The notes under the pieces: model-generated | What the model was told of the DNA's origin: nothing | Databases searched by the model: none | The model's input: the letters and a program-made list of their open reading frames with translations, nothing else | Assembly: GCA_046052125.1 (NCBI GenBank) | Contig: JBJOMY010000001.1 | Location: 544,001 to 608,000, forward strand | Reading direction: 5' to 3' | Length of the DNA stretch: 64,000 bases | Origin: Cyanobacteriota bacterium | Lineage (GTDB): Bacteria > Cyanobacteriota > Cyanobacteriia > PCC-6307 > Cyanobiaceae | In this document: in pieces, positions 1 through 8,869 of the stretch | Numbering within the stretch: position 1 is the first letter of the stretch | How the letters are laid out: each line of letters begins with the position of its first letter | Translations under genes and position numbers: made by a program

Positions 1-159
1 ACCGGGTAGCTGCGCCCGCAGGCCCTCCGCCAGCTGGGCAAACTCATTCACTGCCTGCCGGTTGCGGCTGCCATGGCCGCAGATCAACACCCCGATCGGG
101 CCACCCTCGACGCCATGCAGGGTGGCGTTGCAATCAAGCTGCGGCGCGGGGTTGCTCAT
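1..159 (-). CDS. cbiX: Sirohydrochlorin cobaltochelatase CbiX, N-terminal part (runs off the window)
   Basis: Not in the ORF track. Manual translation from ATG at 159 gives MSNPAPQLDCNATLHGVEGGPIGVLICGHGSRNRQAVNEFAQLAEGLRAQLPG; GHGSR is the CbiX/SirB chelatase N-terminal signature. Confidence 0.85.
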   Translation of the reverse strand, partial: MSNPAPQLDCNATLHGVEGGPIGVLICGHGSRNRQAVNEFAQLAEGLRAQLPG

Positions 160-164
160 GGGAG

Positions 165-887
165 GTGATTCCTGAACTGACCCTATTGCCAAGACCTAGG
201 GTGCCTCCAGAGAACAACTCACGCGTGCAGAAGAGCGAAAACAACCGAGCTGGCGAACTGAAGGAGCTGGGCTGGAGCGCTGAAGACGTGCGCCGCTACG
301 AAGAGCTGTGGGAGTACCGGCAGCGCTGGGGCGCGATCAACCTGGAGCGCGACGACCGTCAGTTCCTGCGCAAGGCCGAAGCCGCCCTGCCCAAGATCGT
401 GGCCAAGGGATCCGAAAAGAAGCGCACCCAGGACAAATCCCACTACCGCTGGCTGGCGTTTTATCTCGACGCCATGCAGACCGTGCCGCTTCAGGAGGGT
501 GAAGTGGCGGCCTGGCCGATCGTGCTGCAGGAAGAACTGCGCACGATCGACTACTACCAACCGGTGCTCGGCCTGCCCGACACGCTCAAGGCCAAGGAGC
601 TTCTGCCGATCCGGGAACAGCTCGTGGCACAGGCATCCGCCACCGGCCGCAGCGCCAGCTTCGACTTTGTGGCGCCCCTCGAGGAGCTCAAGAAAACGGA
701 GAAAACCAGCTGGAAGCCCCTGCGCGGGGAGGGCAACACCGACACGAGTTTCCCGGTTCTGTCCTCAGATGCATCCGAAGCCTTCCGCTCCGAAGCCCGC
801 GCCACACTCAGCAGCGCGATCCGCGAGCTGTTCCCGTCCCTGAAGGACACCGACAAGCCCGAGCCTCCCGCCGACTGGATGCCCTAA
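165..887 (+). CDS. Conserved picocyanobacterial hypothetical protein
   Basis: 240-aa ORF with strong GC3 bias and motif ELKELGWSAEDVRRYEELWEYRQRWGAINL. The true start is probably downstream (GTG near 225). Confidence 0.75.
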   Translation: MIPELTLLPRPRVPPENNSRVQKSENNRAGELKELGWSAEDVRRYEELWEYRQRWGAINLERDDRQFLRKAEAALPKIVAKGSEKKRTQDKSHYRWLAFYLDAMQTVPLQEGEVAAWPIVLQEELRTIDYYQPVLGLPDTLKAKELLPIREQLVAQASATGRSASFDFVAPLEELKKTEKTSWKPLRGEGNTDTSFPVLSSDASEAFRSEARATLSSAIRELFPSLKDTDKPEPPADWMP

Positions 888-982
888 CGCAGCAGCCGCA
901 GCCAGGCCCACCAGATCAACGCCACCGGCACCATCGCCAACAGCAACACCTGCACGCTCTGCAGCTGCTCAGGGTTCAACAC
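884..982 (-). CDS. Small single-pass membrane protein (32 aa)
   Basis: Below the ORF-track cutoff: MLNPEQLQSVQVLLLAMVPVALIWWAWLRLLR. Its GTG directly abuts the stop of the upstream gene (TGA-GTG); hydrophobic helix followed by basic residues. Confidence 0.55.
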   Translation of the reverse strand: MLNPEQLQSVQVLLLAMVPVALIWWAWLRLLR

Positions 983-1210
983 TCAGGGCACCGGGCAGGG
1001 CTGTGAGTTGATCAGGATCAAGCCCAGCAAGCCGCACTGCAAGCGGGTGAGGTCGTCGAGGGCATGTTCAACATCCATGGCAAAGCCGGGGTTGTCGGCG
1101 GGCTGCGCCGTGGGAGGCGCCATCTCCAGAGGGGGCGGCAGCGCTTCTGAGCGCGCAGCAGGCGTTGCCGCCAGCAAAGCGAGGCACAGAACCAGAGAAA
1201 AACGGCGCAT
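983..1210 (-). CDS. Small exported hypothetical protein
   Basis: MRRFSLVLCLALLAATPAARS signal-peptide-like N-terminus from ATG 1210, a Pro-rich linker and two C-terminal Cys. Confidence 0.6.
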   Translation of the reverse strand: MRRFSLVLCLALLAATPAARSEALPPPLEMAPPTAQPADNPGFAMDVEHALDDLTRLQCGLLGLILINSQPCPVP

Positions 1211-1260
1211 GTCGGCACACATCCACTGCTCTCGCTCTAGCCATAGCTAGAAGCAACAGG

Positions 1261-1881
1261 ATGAGTGAATCCACGCAACCGGACCGGCAACGGCAAGCGC
1301 TCCTCGAGCTGCTGCGGCAAGAGCCGCGGGGTGCCGCTGATCGACAGCGCCAGAAGGTGTTGCAGCTGATCGAAAGCCTGGAGCAGTCGCAACCGGCCAA
1401 CCTGATAACGGCCGGTGCGCTGCAACAGCTGGAAGGCGTCTGGGAGCTGCGTTGGAGCAGCAGCCGCCAGCCCTATCTGGCCGTAGGCCCTTGGCTGGAC
1501 AACCTGCAACTGCTCGCACCCTCGCAAGGGCGGGGCATGAATCTGCTGCGGCTGCCAGGGCCGCTCGCCTCCTTAGCGGGCATTGCCGTGGAGGCCGCAA
1601 TCGAGGTAGATCGTTGCAACGCGAGGCCTGATCAACCCCCAGAGAGCCAACGGGTGCAGGTGCGCTTTCAACGGGGTGGCTGGTTGGGGCCAGCTGTGGG
1701 GGGTCGCCGGCTGCACTGGCTGCGAAGCGTGAGCCAATCGTTCCCGGCCTGGCTCGACATCACCGTGCTCGATCACGAGCTGCGCATCTGCCGGGGCAAT
1801 GCGGGCACGGTGTTTGCCTTGTTGCGGCGCAACGATCTACAGCTCAACGAGCTGCTCCTCAACGTGCAGTCACTTGACTGA
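1261..1881 (+). CDS. PAP/fibrillin family protein
   Basis: IESLEQSQP...LEGVWELRWSSS and WLDITVLDHELRICRGNAGTVFAL are fibrillin-type motifs; start set at ATG 1261. Confidence 0.85.
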   Translation: MSESTQPDRQRQALLELLRQEPRGAADRQRQKVLQLIESLEQSQPANLITAGALQQLEGVWELRWSSSRQPYLAVGPWLDNLQLLAPSQGRGMNLLRLPGPLASLAGIAVEAAIEVDRCNARPDQPPESQRVQVRFQRGGWLGPAVGGRRLHWLRSVSQSFPAWLDITVLDHELRICRGNAGTVFALLRRNDLQLNELLLNVQSLD

Positions 1882-1883
1882 GG

Positions 1884-2912
1884 TTGAAACAAGCAAATCA
1901 ATCATCAGCAGTAACAACGTACCGCCAACATCAGCCAACCCACAGAGAACAGCAAGAGACCCAGTCCGCATCACTTCCACAAATCACATCTCGCTCGTTC
2001 AAGCTGCCAGATAAGCTGCCGAGGCAGGTGCACTTCAGCGTGGTTGAGCTTCAGGTTCTCGAAGCCCTTGATGGGATCCAGTGGCTCGGAACAGGGGAGC
2101 AAGTGGCCAGCAAATACGCGCTGAGTCAATCAGGGGTCAGCCGAAACTGCAGCAAGGCACTTCGGGTGTTTGAGCTCGAGATGCAGAAGCAGAACGGCGA
2201 GTGGGAAATCCTGGGTGATCAAACCTTTCTGCGCCTGGAGCGGCAGGTGCATCAGCTAGCTCGCCGGAAGGGGCGCCGTCCGCTACGCCTGGAGGCCACC
2301 TATTGGAGTGCGCCAACGCTGTGCACGAACCTGCCTCCTCACTGGATGTTGGGTCGCTCCGACATCGTGGGGATCAAGCGGAATTTCCAACTGCTCGAGG
2401 ACTGCGTGGTGGACGCCTGGCTCGCCGGGCTGCCGGATCTACCTGGCGACGATCACCCTGATCTCACCGCCATGGTGATCACATCGATGCCGGTGTTTTT
2501 CACCTGTGCACCGAATCACCCCCTGCTGCAGCGCCACGACCTGAGCTTCAACGACATCGCCGAATTTCCAACCCTGGCGCTGCCATCTGGCTCCTATCCC
2601 CTGGTGGAAGCCGCTCTGCGCGAGATCGGCCTCTGGGATGACGGCGTTCGCATGACGCGCTACCGGCGCGAACGCTGGGAGGGACGAACGGAAACGGAAC
2701 TGGTGATCGGCTATGGAACGCCCTTGAGCCTGCAGATCAGTGGTGGAGCGCTCTGCCGGCTTCCTCTGGAGCTGCCATTTCGTTCGGGAGATGCGCTGGT
2801 GATCCGCCGCGCCCTCGCCAACGATCCAGCCGTGGCCGCACTGTTCGAGGCTCTGAGCGAGAAGGCGAGGGAGCTGTCCGCCGCAATTCCCGAGATCGAG
2901 GTGCTCCGCTGA
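1884..2912 (+). CDS. LysR-like transcriptional regulator (picocyanobacterial type)
   Basis: HTH-like LEALDGIQWLGTGEQVASKYALSQSGVSRN followed by a substrate-binding-like region (VVDAWL, APNHPLL..LSFNDIAEFPTLALPSGSYP). The real start is probably near 2030. Confidence 0.7.
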   Translation: MKQANQSSAVTTYRQHQPTHREQQETQSASLPQITSRSFKLPDKLPRQVHFSVVELQVLEALDGIQWLGTGEQVASKYALSQSGVSRNCSKALRVFELEMQKQNGEWEILGDQTFLRLERQVHQLARRKGRRPLRLEATYWSAPTLCTNLPPHWMLGRSDIVGIKRNFQLLEDCVVDAWLAGLPDLPGDDHPDLTAMVITSMPVFFTCAPNHPLLQRHDLSFNDIAEFPTLALPSGSYPLVEAALREIGLWDDGVRMTRYRRERWEGRTETELVIGYGTPLSLQISGGALCRLPLELPFRSGDALVIRRALANDPAVAALFEALSEKARELSAAIPEIEVLR

Positions 2913-3028
2913 GCGAGCAAACAGCCGAGGCCAAGCAGCTATGCAACTTTCGACTAGAGCGCCAGAGAGCGTTACCCCAGGGAGCAACACGACCATCCCT
3001 CGACATAGCGAACCAGATAATTCCGGCG

Positions 3029-3568
3029 TTGCATCGCGAGTGGTCACGCTTGGTTTCGGCGGAGTCGCTCGCAGCCCTCGATCATCTGCAATGGCTGCGA
3101 ACCGGTTCCCGTGCCGGTGAGGCGCTGAACTGCAGCCAGTCGCGGATCTGCCGGGCAGCGAAACGCTGCGAAGAGGTTCTCCAGATCCGGCTCACCAAGG
3201 TGGATTCGGAATGGATCACCACGGGAGACACCACACTCCTGGCGGCCGAACGGCATGTGCATCAGCACTACCGCTGGAGCAAGGCTCAGCCGCTACGACT
3301 GGATGGCCATCAAGCCCTGCTCCACGAGCTGAACGCGCTCAAGCCCTTGGGCTGGAGCTGCGGCAATCTCGACAACACCTGCGATCAGCGACTCAGCTAT
3401 TTGATGGAGCAGCGCATTCTTGATGCCTGACTTGGGGTCGATGCAAACAGTGAGTACCAACTGACCATTCAGAGCGACTTTGCGCGCCATCACCGCGCCC
3501 AGTCACTGGCCAATCACCTGAGCGAGCATCTGGGCCGCGCCGTGACCATCATCGAAGCGATCAACTGA
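3029..3568 (+). pseudogene. Short LysR-like paralogue with an internal nonsense codon
   Basis: N-terminus aligns with the upstream LysR-like gene. TGA at 3428-3430 falls where the paralogue has Trp (ILDA*LG vs VVDAWLA), and the frame stays open 45 more codons to TGA 3566-3568. Confidence 0.65.
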
Positions 3569-3670
3569 GCGAGCAGGCGGATCGTCATCACCCAGCACTG
3601 AGGCGCCAGGCAACGGACCGCAAGCCAGAAGCCACTCCCCAAGAGGGACCCCAAAGAACCAAAACGCAAA

Positions 3671-3692
3671 TTCTTTCGTTTTTCTTTCGTTT
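3671..3692. promoter_or_regulatory. Perfect 11-bp tandem direct repeat (TTCTTTCGTTT x2), candidate regulator site
   Basis: Seen directly in the intergenic region upstream of DUF3136/rpaB-like; one-helical-turn periodicity. Confidence 0.4.
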
Positions 3693-3785
3693 ACCGAGCG
3701 GCGCCTTGCGCAGTTGAGGCCCCGACAGGCCGCTCGCGATCGCGTGTATCGCACAACACGCTCAAAACACGCCGAGTGAATTGCT

Positions 3786-3802
3786 ATGCATGGAAACCAT
3801 GC
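3786..3802. promoter_or_regulatory. Inverted repeat GCATGG-AAA-CCATGC overlapping a T-N11-A LysR-type box
   Basis: Palindrome at 3788-3802 with T3787-N11-A3799, about 80 bp upstream of the DUF3136 start and next to LysR-like genes. Confidence 0.4.
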
Positions 3803-3881
3803 GCTGTCAAGGATCAGTTTGCGGATGCATACGCCGTAAAGTCGTACAAACCGGTTTACCGGCGTAGGTTTTCCATTAGTT

Positions 3882-4133
3882 ATGCAGGCTTCTCGCACGA
3901 CGGGACAGCCGTCGCTCACCATTGCGCAGCTTGAAGCAAGCTATCCGGCCTATTGCAAGGCTCTGCGCATGTTGATTCGCGATGGCATTTCACTCGCAAA
4001 AATCAAGCGAACCGTCTGCTGGGATCGACTCGAACTCCTGCACAACACGCTGCCCCGCCAATACCGCGATCCGCTCGTTCATTACACGATGGTGAAGCGC
4101 GACGTGGAATCCAATCAGGCCGCTGCGGCTTAA
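3882..4133 (+). CDS. DUF3136 family protein
   Basis: LTIAQLEASYPAYCKALRMLIRDG...IKRTVCWDRLELLHNTLPRQY matches this picocyanobacterial family pattern. Confidence 0.85.
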   Translation: MQASRTTGQPSLTIAQLEASYPAYCKALRMLIRDGISLAKIKRTVCWDRLELLHNTLPRQYRDPLVHYTMVKRDVESNQAAAA

Positions 4134-4151
4134 TCACGCCGAATCAACACG

Positions 4152-4922
4152 ATGAGCAACCCAGACACCGCACCGCAATCCTTAAACATCCTCATCGCCG
4201 ATGATGAGGCGAACATTCGCCGGATCCTCGAAACGCGGCTTTCGATGGCAGGGCACTCCGTGACTGCCGCTGCCGATGGGGAAGAGGCGCTGGAGCGATT
4301 TCGTGGTCTTGAGCCCGATCTGGTGGTGCTCGACGTGATGATGCCCAAGCTCGATGGCTTTGCCGTGCTCGAGCGGATTCGCGCCCAATCGGAAGTGCCC
4401 GTCATCCTGCTCACGGCTTTGGGCGATGTGGCCGATCGCATCACCGGTTTGCAACTCGGTGCCGACGACTACATGGTGAAACCCTTCAGCCCGAAGGAGC
4501 TGGAGGCGCGCATCCGCTGCGTGATGCGGCGGGCTGCACAAACCAACGCCCAGGGCGGCGCTAGCGGTGGCAGCAGCAGCAACATCGTTGTGGTGGGCGA
4601 TCTGCAGATCGATTTCAATCGCCGGCAGGCCCATCGCGGTGATGAACGCATTCGTCTCACCGGCATGGAGTTCAACCTGCTGGAGCTGTTGATCAGCCGT
4701 TCCGGCGAGGCGATCAGCCGGCTCGACATGCTCGAGCAGGTGTGGGGCTACCGACCCGGCAAAGCCTCAGACAGCCGCGTGGTGGATGTGCATGTGTCAC
4801 GTCTGCGGGCCAAGCTCGAGCACGACCCCGAAAATCCCGAACTGATCCTCACTGCGCGGGGCATGGGCTACATGTTCCAGCGCCTGCAGCAGCGGATCGA
4901 ATCAGCTGCCGCATCCAACTAG
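4152..4922 (+). CDS. rpaB: OmpR-family response regulator, RpaB/Ycf27-like (probably a paralogue)
   Basis: DDEANIRRILETRLSM, DVMMPKLDG, LTALGDVADRITGL, KPFSPKELEARIR and DSRVVDVHVSRLRAKLEHDPENPELILTARG are RpaB-like receiver and wHTH motifs. Confidence 0.8.
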   Translation: MSNPDTAPQSLNILIADDEANIRRILETRLSMAGHSVTAAADGEEALERFRGLEPDLVVLDVMMPKLDGFAVLERIRAQSEVPVILLTALGDVADRITGLQLGADDYMVKPFSPKELEARIRCVMRRAAQTNAQGGASGGSSSNIVVVGDLQIDFNRRQAHRGDERIRLTGMEFNLLELLISRSGEAISRLDMLEQVWGYRPGKASDSRVVDVHVSRLRAKLEHDPENPELILTARGMGYMFQRLQQRIESAAASN

Positions 4923-4923
4923 C

Positions 4924-5133
4924 TCACGCCAGCGACCACTCCAGCTGCTGTGCCGTTTCATTGAGGGCCAACTCCAACACCGCATCGGGCAAGCGTGGCA
5001 GCAGGCAACCAACGGCTGCGGCGCTGCGGTTGAGCAGCTCGGTGGGCAGCAGTTCGGGTGCAAGGCGTTGAGCCAGGGCCACTTGTTCGAGGCAGATCTG
5101 GGTTAAGAGGCGGATATCAATCAATTCAGCCAT
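4924..5133 (-). CDS. Small hypothetical protein
   Basis: 69-aa ATG-started helical ORF convergent on the rpaB-like stop, with GGAG-like RBS upstream. Confidence 0.55.
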   Translation of the reverse strand: MAELIDIRLLTQICLEQVALAQRLAPELLPTELLNRSAAAVGCLLPRLPDAVLELALNETAQQLEWSLA

Positions 5134-5230
5134 TCAGTCTCCGTGACGATGAACACGCTAGGAAGCTGGATTGCCGGCGTAAACGACTCTGGAAGCCTCA
5201 GATTGCAGCTGTTGTGCTGCGGATCTGCTG

Positions 5231-5623
5231 TCAGTTGTGCAATTGAAATGCGGAGCTATGCACCACCCCTGCACCGCTGGCACCCGGCACCGTGACCACC
5301 ATGAGCGACTGTTTGCCTCGCTGGTAGTCGTAGCGGCAAAAGCCCATGCCCGTACCCGAGCAGGAGCTGAGGCTGGCCAGTTGATTGCCCGCAAGCTCCC
5401 TCTCAAAGGGCAACGGCTGGCGATCGGGCTTAGGCCGCCAACCCGCGGCGAGCAGACGCGCATCCAGCTGGGTGACAGGCTCCTGCACCTCGAGCAACGG
5501 TGGGCTGGAAGGAGCGTCTGGACCCGAGCGCACAGCCTGGCTCAAGAGCACCGTCGCCAGGCCAACCGCCAGAGCCGGCCAGAGCCGTTGTGGCCACCTG
5601 CATGGAGCAGCGCTGGAAGCCAT
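5231..5623 (-). CDS. Exported hypothetical protein with CSGTGMGFC motif
   Basis: Hydrophobic N-terminal segment and the Cys pair in LSSCSGTGMGFCRYDY. Confidence 0.6.
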   Translation of the reverse strand: MASSAAPCRWPQRLWPALAVGLATVLLSQAVRSGPDAPSSPPLLEVQEPVTQLDARLLAAGWRPKPDRQPLPFERELAGNQLASLSSCSGTGMGFCRYDYQRGKQSLMVVTVPGASGAGVVHSSAFQLHN

Positions 5624-5720
5624 GGCTGACGGTGAGTGGCGAACCCTCTCGATTAGAGCAATGGCTGGAGCGCAACCAGCCTGCTGCTCAGATTGATTTC
5701 ATGCCATTGAGACCGCTCAC

Positions 5721-6146
5721 TCACTTGCGCTTGTTTCCGTCCTCGTCGTCGTAACCCTTGAGGCTGCGAAACATCAACCCGGCGCCGGCCGCGATCATGA
5801 TGATTTCAACAGTCAGCTGCCAAAGGCTCACCGTGGCCATGCGCATCTGCAGGCTGTTGAGCACACCCACCAACAACGCAGCTGTCGATCCCCAGATCAA
5901 CAACTGACTGAGCCGGCGATAGCCATCCAAAAACAACAGCACCACCCCGATGCCCAGGGGGATCATCAACAACCCCATCCCCGGCGTACCGAAGGGCAGC
6001 GTGTAGCTGCCGTAGGGGTAGCGGGGCGCAGTTCGAACACCGGAGCTGAGAAACACCTGATTCATCAAGGCAAAGGCTCCACCACTGGCAAGCGCGCCGC
6101 CCAGCACGAATTGCACAAAGTCGCCCGAAGGATTGGAATGAGCCAT
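5721..6146 (-). CDS. Integral membrane protein (about 4 TM helices)
   Basis: Four hydrophobic segments and a charged C-terminal tail; GGAG upstream of the ATG. Confidence 0.75.
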   Translation of the reverse strand: MAHSNPSGDFVQFVLGGALASGGAFALMNQVFLSSGVRTAPRYPYGSYTLPFGTPGMGLLMIPLGIGVVLLFLDGYRRLSQLLIWGSTAALLVGVLNSLQMRMATVSLWQLTVEIIMIAAGAGLMFRSLKGYDDEDGNKRK

Positions 6147-6230
6147 CGCTGTTCTCCGATCGCTCTAGTGTCCGCCGACCTCAAGGGGTTGCCATCCCTC
6201 ATCCTGGGGATGGGATAGCGGAGCCTCCAG

Positions 6231-6692
6231 ATGCAGCACCTGCTCCTCCTGGCCTTCCTCCTGCCGTTCCCTTTGTTTCGATCCTCAGGGGAGCGCACCA
6301 ATCAGGCGGCATGGGAGCAGCTGCTCGCCGAATTCAACCGGCGTGGTGTGGCCGTGAGCAGTGATCACCCGCGCTGCAAAGAGCCCAATCTCTATGGCCT
6401 CTACGTGCGAGGCAGCCAGACCGTGGTGGTGTGCAACCGCGGCGACCGCAGCAGCACCCTGCGCCATGAAGGCTGGCACCTTGTGCAAAGCCTCTGCCTA
6501 CAAGATCGCGCCTGGCTGCAAACCGAGGCGATCGAACGCGGCCTCAGCAGCAGCGATCGCGCCGAACTGCAAGCCCTGGTGCAACCGGAGCGCTGGCAAC
6601 GTGAAGCCGAAGCGCGCGTGATGGCGAAGCGCAGCGTGAACGACTACATCCAGGCGATGAACGAGGCCTGCTCAGCTACTCGCCATCGCTGA
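6231..6692 (+). CDS. Exported zincin-like (HEXXH) metallopeptidase-domain protein
   Basis: N-terminal hydrophobic signal, TLRHEGWHLVQ and a downstream Glu in REAEAR. Confidence 0.65.
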   Translation: MQHLLLLAFLLPFPLFRSSGERTNQAAWEQLLAEFNRRGVAVSSDHPRCKEPNLYGLYVRGSQTVVVCNRGDRSSTLRHEGWHLVQSLCLQDRAWLQTEAIERGLSSSDRAELQALVQPERWQREAEARVMAKRSVNDYIQAMNEACSATRHR

Positions 6693-7278
6693 GGAAGGTG
6701 AGCGAACTCGTGGGCACCCACAGCTCGCGGCCCGCCTGGTTGGGGTAGCTCACCCGGCACCAATTGGTCGAGCCGCTGAAGCGACAGCTGAGCTTGTGCA
6801 GCACCTCACCCGACACCCCCATCCCCGCCAGGGGCGCAGCGAAATCCGGCCGCGCATAGAGGGGCACGGTGGGCTTGCCATGGCCGTTGAGCTTCACCGG
6901 GCTGTGGGGCGCATCGTGCGCCGATCCCGCGGCGGGCTTGCTGCCTGCCGTGCTCACGGACGACACGCTGATGCGGTTCTTAAAGCCGCCCTGCTCTTCG
7001 AGGGTGAAGCTGTGGTGGCCACTCATCAACCAGAGCCTTCCCTGTTCATCGCGCATCGGGCGACGATCAGTGGTGGGAGGGCCAGCGGGCACAAAGCGAA
7101 AGATGGCGCTGCCGCTGAAGCTGATCTCAAATCCGCCCTTGCCCCAGGGGGTGATCACACAGCTCTGGTGGCTGGTGTTCATCCAGCAGTCGAGCCGCTC
7201 TCCAGCGCCGACTGGCAGCCAGGGCAAGCCAGAGAGCGCGGCAGCTAAGCCCAGGAGCGATAAACGACGACGTGTCAA
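6676..7278 (-). CDS. Exported protein with C-terminal bacterial SH3-like domain
   Basis: Probable TTG start at 7278 gives MTRRRLSLLGLAAALSG (twin-Arg-like). C-terminal LYARPDF..GEV..C....WCRV.Y....WVP is SH3b-like. Confidence 0.65.
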   Translation of the reverse strand: MTRRRLSLLGLAAALSGLPWLPVGAGERLDCWMNTSHQSCVITPWGKGGFEISFSGSAIFRFVPAGPPTTDRRPMRDEQGRLWLMSGHHSFTLEEQGGFKNRISVSSVSTAGSKPAAGSAHDAPHSPVKLNGHGKPTVPLYARPDFAAPLAGMGVSGEVLHKLSCRFSGSTNWCRVSYPNQAGRELWVPTSSLTFLSDGE

Positions 7279-8057
7279 AAGAGGCGGCGGCTGCGTGCTC
7301 TCATCCTGCCGAGGGTTTGGGCGATCGTCCGGCGTTACGAACAAAACGGCTCGCTCGCATCCCGCTCGGCCCCAGGGCATCCTGTGGACTCACCAACGCA
7401 CCTGGTGTGTTGCCGGCTGTCCTCAAGCCCGTCCTGCCCCGCTTGTCTCAGGCACTGCGCATGGCCGAACGCTTCGGTGAGCGTTGCGGAGCGCCCGTGC
7501 TGATGGCAGGCCTGATTGTGGGCATCGGCGTAGTGGAGCTGGGCTGCGGCCCGCTGGGGCAAACCAGCCGCTTCAGCCTGGAATTGCTGATCCTCTTGGT
7601 GCTGCAATTGGTGGGGCCGGGGGTGGTGGCCTTGATCGCCATGGCGCTACTCATGCCCCGATGGCTGGAGGCATGCCAACACCTTGAACGACGACACGAC
7701 CCATCGGCAGCGGCCAGCGGCTTGGTGGGTGCTGTGCTGCTGTTGCTGTTTCTCACCGCGGCATTGATCGGCGGGGTGCTCGCCAGCCCCCGCGCCGATC
7801 TGGTGGCTGAATTCACGGATGTGATGAGTGGGGTGTTGCTGCCGGATCTGCTACGCGCCACCCTGCGCTCGGCTGTGTTCCTGGCCGTGCTCTGCAGCTG
7901 GTGCCAATGGCAAGGCAGACGGCTACTCAAGCGGGGGCTTTCGGCCACCCTGGTGAGCAGTGATCTGATGATTGAGGGCTTGATGCTGCTGTTGGGGCTG
8001 AAGCTGGTATGGGTGCTGGCCATTGATCCCCTGCGCGTGAGCCTGTCCGCCCAATGA
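7272..8057 (+). CDS. MlaE-like ABC permease / membrane protein
   Basis: Multiple TM segments and LQLVGPGVVALI; overlaps the start of the MlaD-like gene (ATGA). The real start is probably near 7406-7460. Confidence 0.55.
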   Translation: MSKEAAAACSHPAEGLGDRPALRTKRLARIPLGPRASCGLTNAPGVLPAVLKPVLPRLSQALRMAERFGERCGAPVLMAGLIVGIGVVELGCGPLGQTSRFSLELLILLVLQLVGPGVVALIAMALLMPRWLEACQHLERRHDPSAAASGLVGAVLLLLFLTAALIGGVLASPRADLVAEFTDVMSGVLLPDLLRATLRSAVFLAVLCSWCQWQGRRLLKRGLSATLVSSDLMIEGLMLLLGLKLVWVLAIDPLRVSLSAQ

Positions 8058-8854
8058 CCAGCCCCGAGCAAGGCAGCGTGCAACGCGATCGATGGCTCTT
8101 CGTGGGCTCGGGCCTGGTGCTGATCAGCGCGGTGTTGGTGGGCCTTGCCCGCGAACAACACTGGGGCCAGCCCATGGTGGGCTTCCGGCTGATAAGCCAA
8201 GACGCCAGCGGCCTGCGCTCCGGCCAGGAGGTGCGCATCTCCGGCATGCCGGTGGGCCGGGTGGGGCGGTTGCAATTGCAACCCAACGCCGACGTGAGCG
8301 TTGAGCTGCAGGTAGCGCAGCGCTATGCCGCCTTGATCGGCCCCATGAGTGTGGCCCGGCAAGGGCAGGAGGGCTTTGTGGGTGATCACTATTTGGAGAT
8401 CAGCGCCGATCCCCAACCCGCCGGCCAGTCAAGCCCCACCCGCGGCAGGCAGCTGCGCTACGAGCAGGCCATGGAGCTGAGGCCACTCCTGGAGCAGCTG
8501 CAGGCCAGCCTGATCAACACCAACAAACTCACCGGCAACGACCTACCGCACACCCTGCGCGAAGCACGGCGCAGCCTCAGCGAAGTGAACAACCTCGCAG
8601 ACACCCTGCAGCGCGAAAGTGCCGCCACGGGTCCAGATCTGCGCGAGACCCTGCGCCAATTGAGCCGCACCGGTAGCAATGCCGAGCAAACGTCGACCCA
8701 GGCGCGGCAACTGCTCCAGGCCAGCCAGCCGGCGCTGCTTCGCACTCTGGAAGACGTTCAGCAACTGACGCGCACCAGCCAACGGCTGTTGCAGGGCCTG
8801 ATGGGGCTGACAGGCATGGACGAGGACGCCAACCGTCCGCAGCAACAGCCCTGA
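8054..8854 (+). CDS. MlaD/MCE family protein
   Basis: N-terminal TM, DASGLRSGQEVRISGMPVGRV MCE motif, GFVGDHYLEI and a helical C-terminus. Confidence 0.9.
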   Translation: MTSPEQGSVQRDRWLFVGSGLVLISAVLVGLAREQHWGQPMVGFRLISQDASGLRSGQEVRISGMPVGRVGRLQLQPNADVSVELQVAQRYAALIGPMSVARQGQEGFVGDHYLEISADPQPAGQSSPTRGRQLRYEQAMELRPLLEQLQASLINTNKLTGNDLPHTLREARRSLSEVNNLADTLQRESAATGPDLRETLRQLSRTGSNAEQTSTQARQLLQASQPALLRTLEDVQQLTRTSQRLLQGLMGLTGMDEDANRPQQQP

Positions 8855-8869
8855 AGCCCCGCGCGCGAG

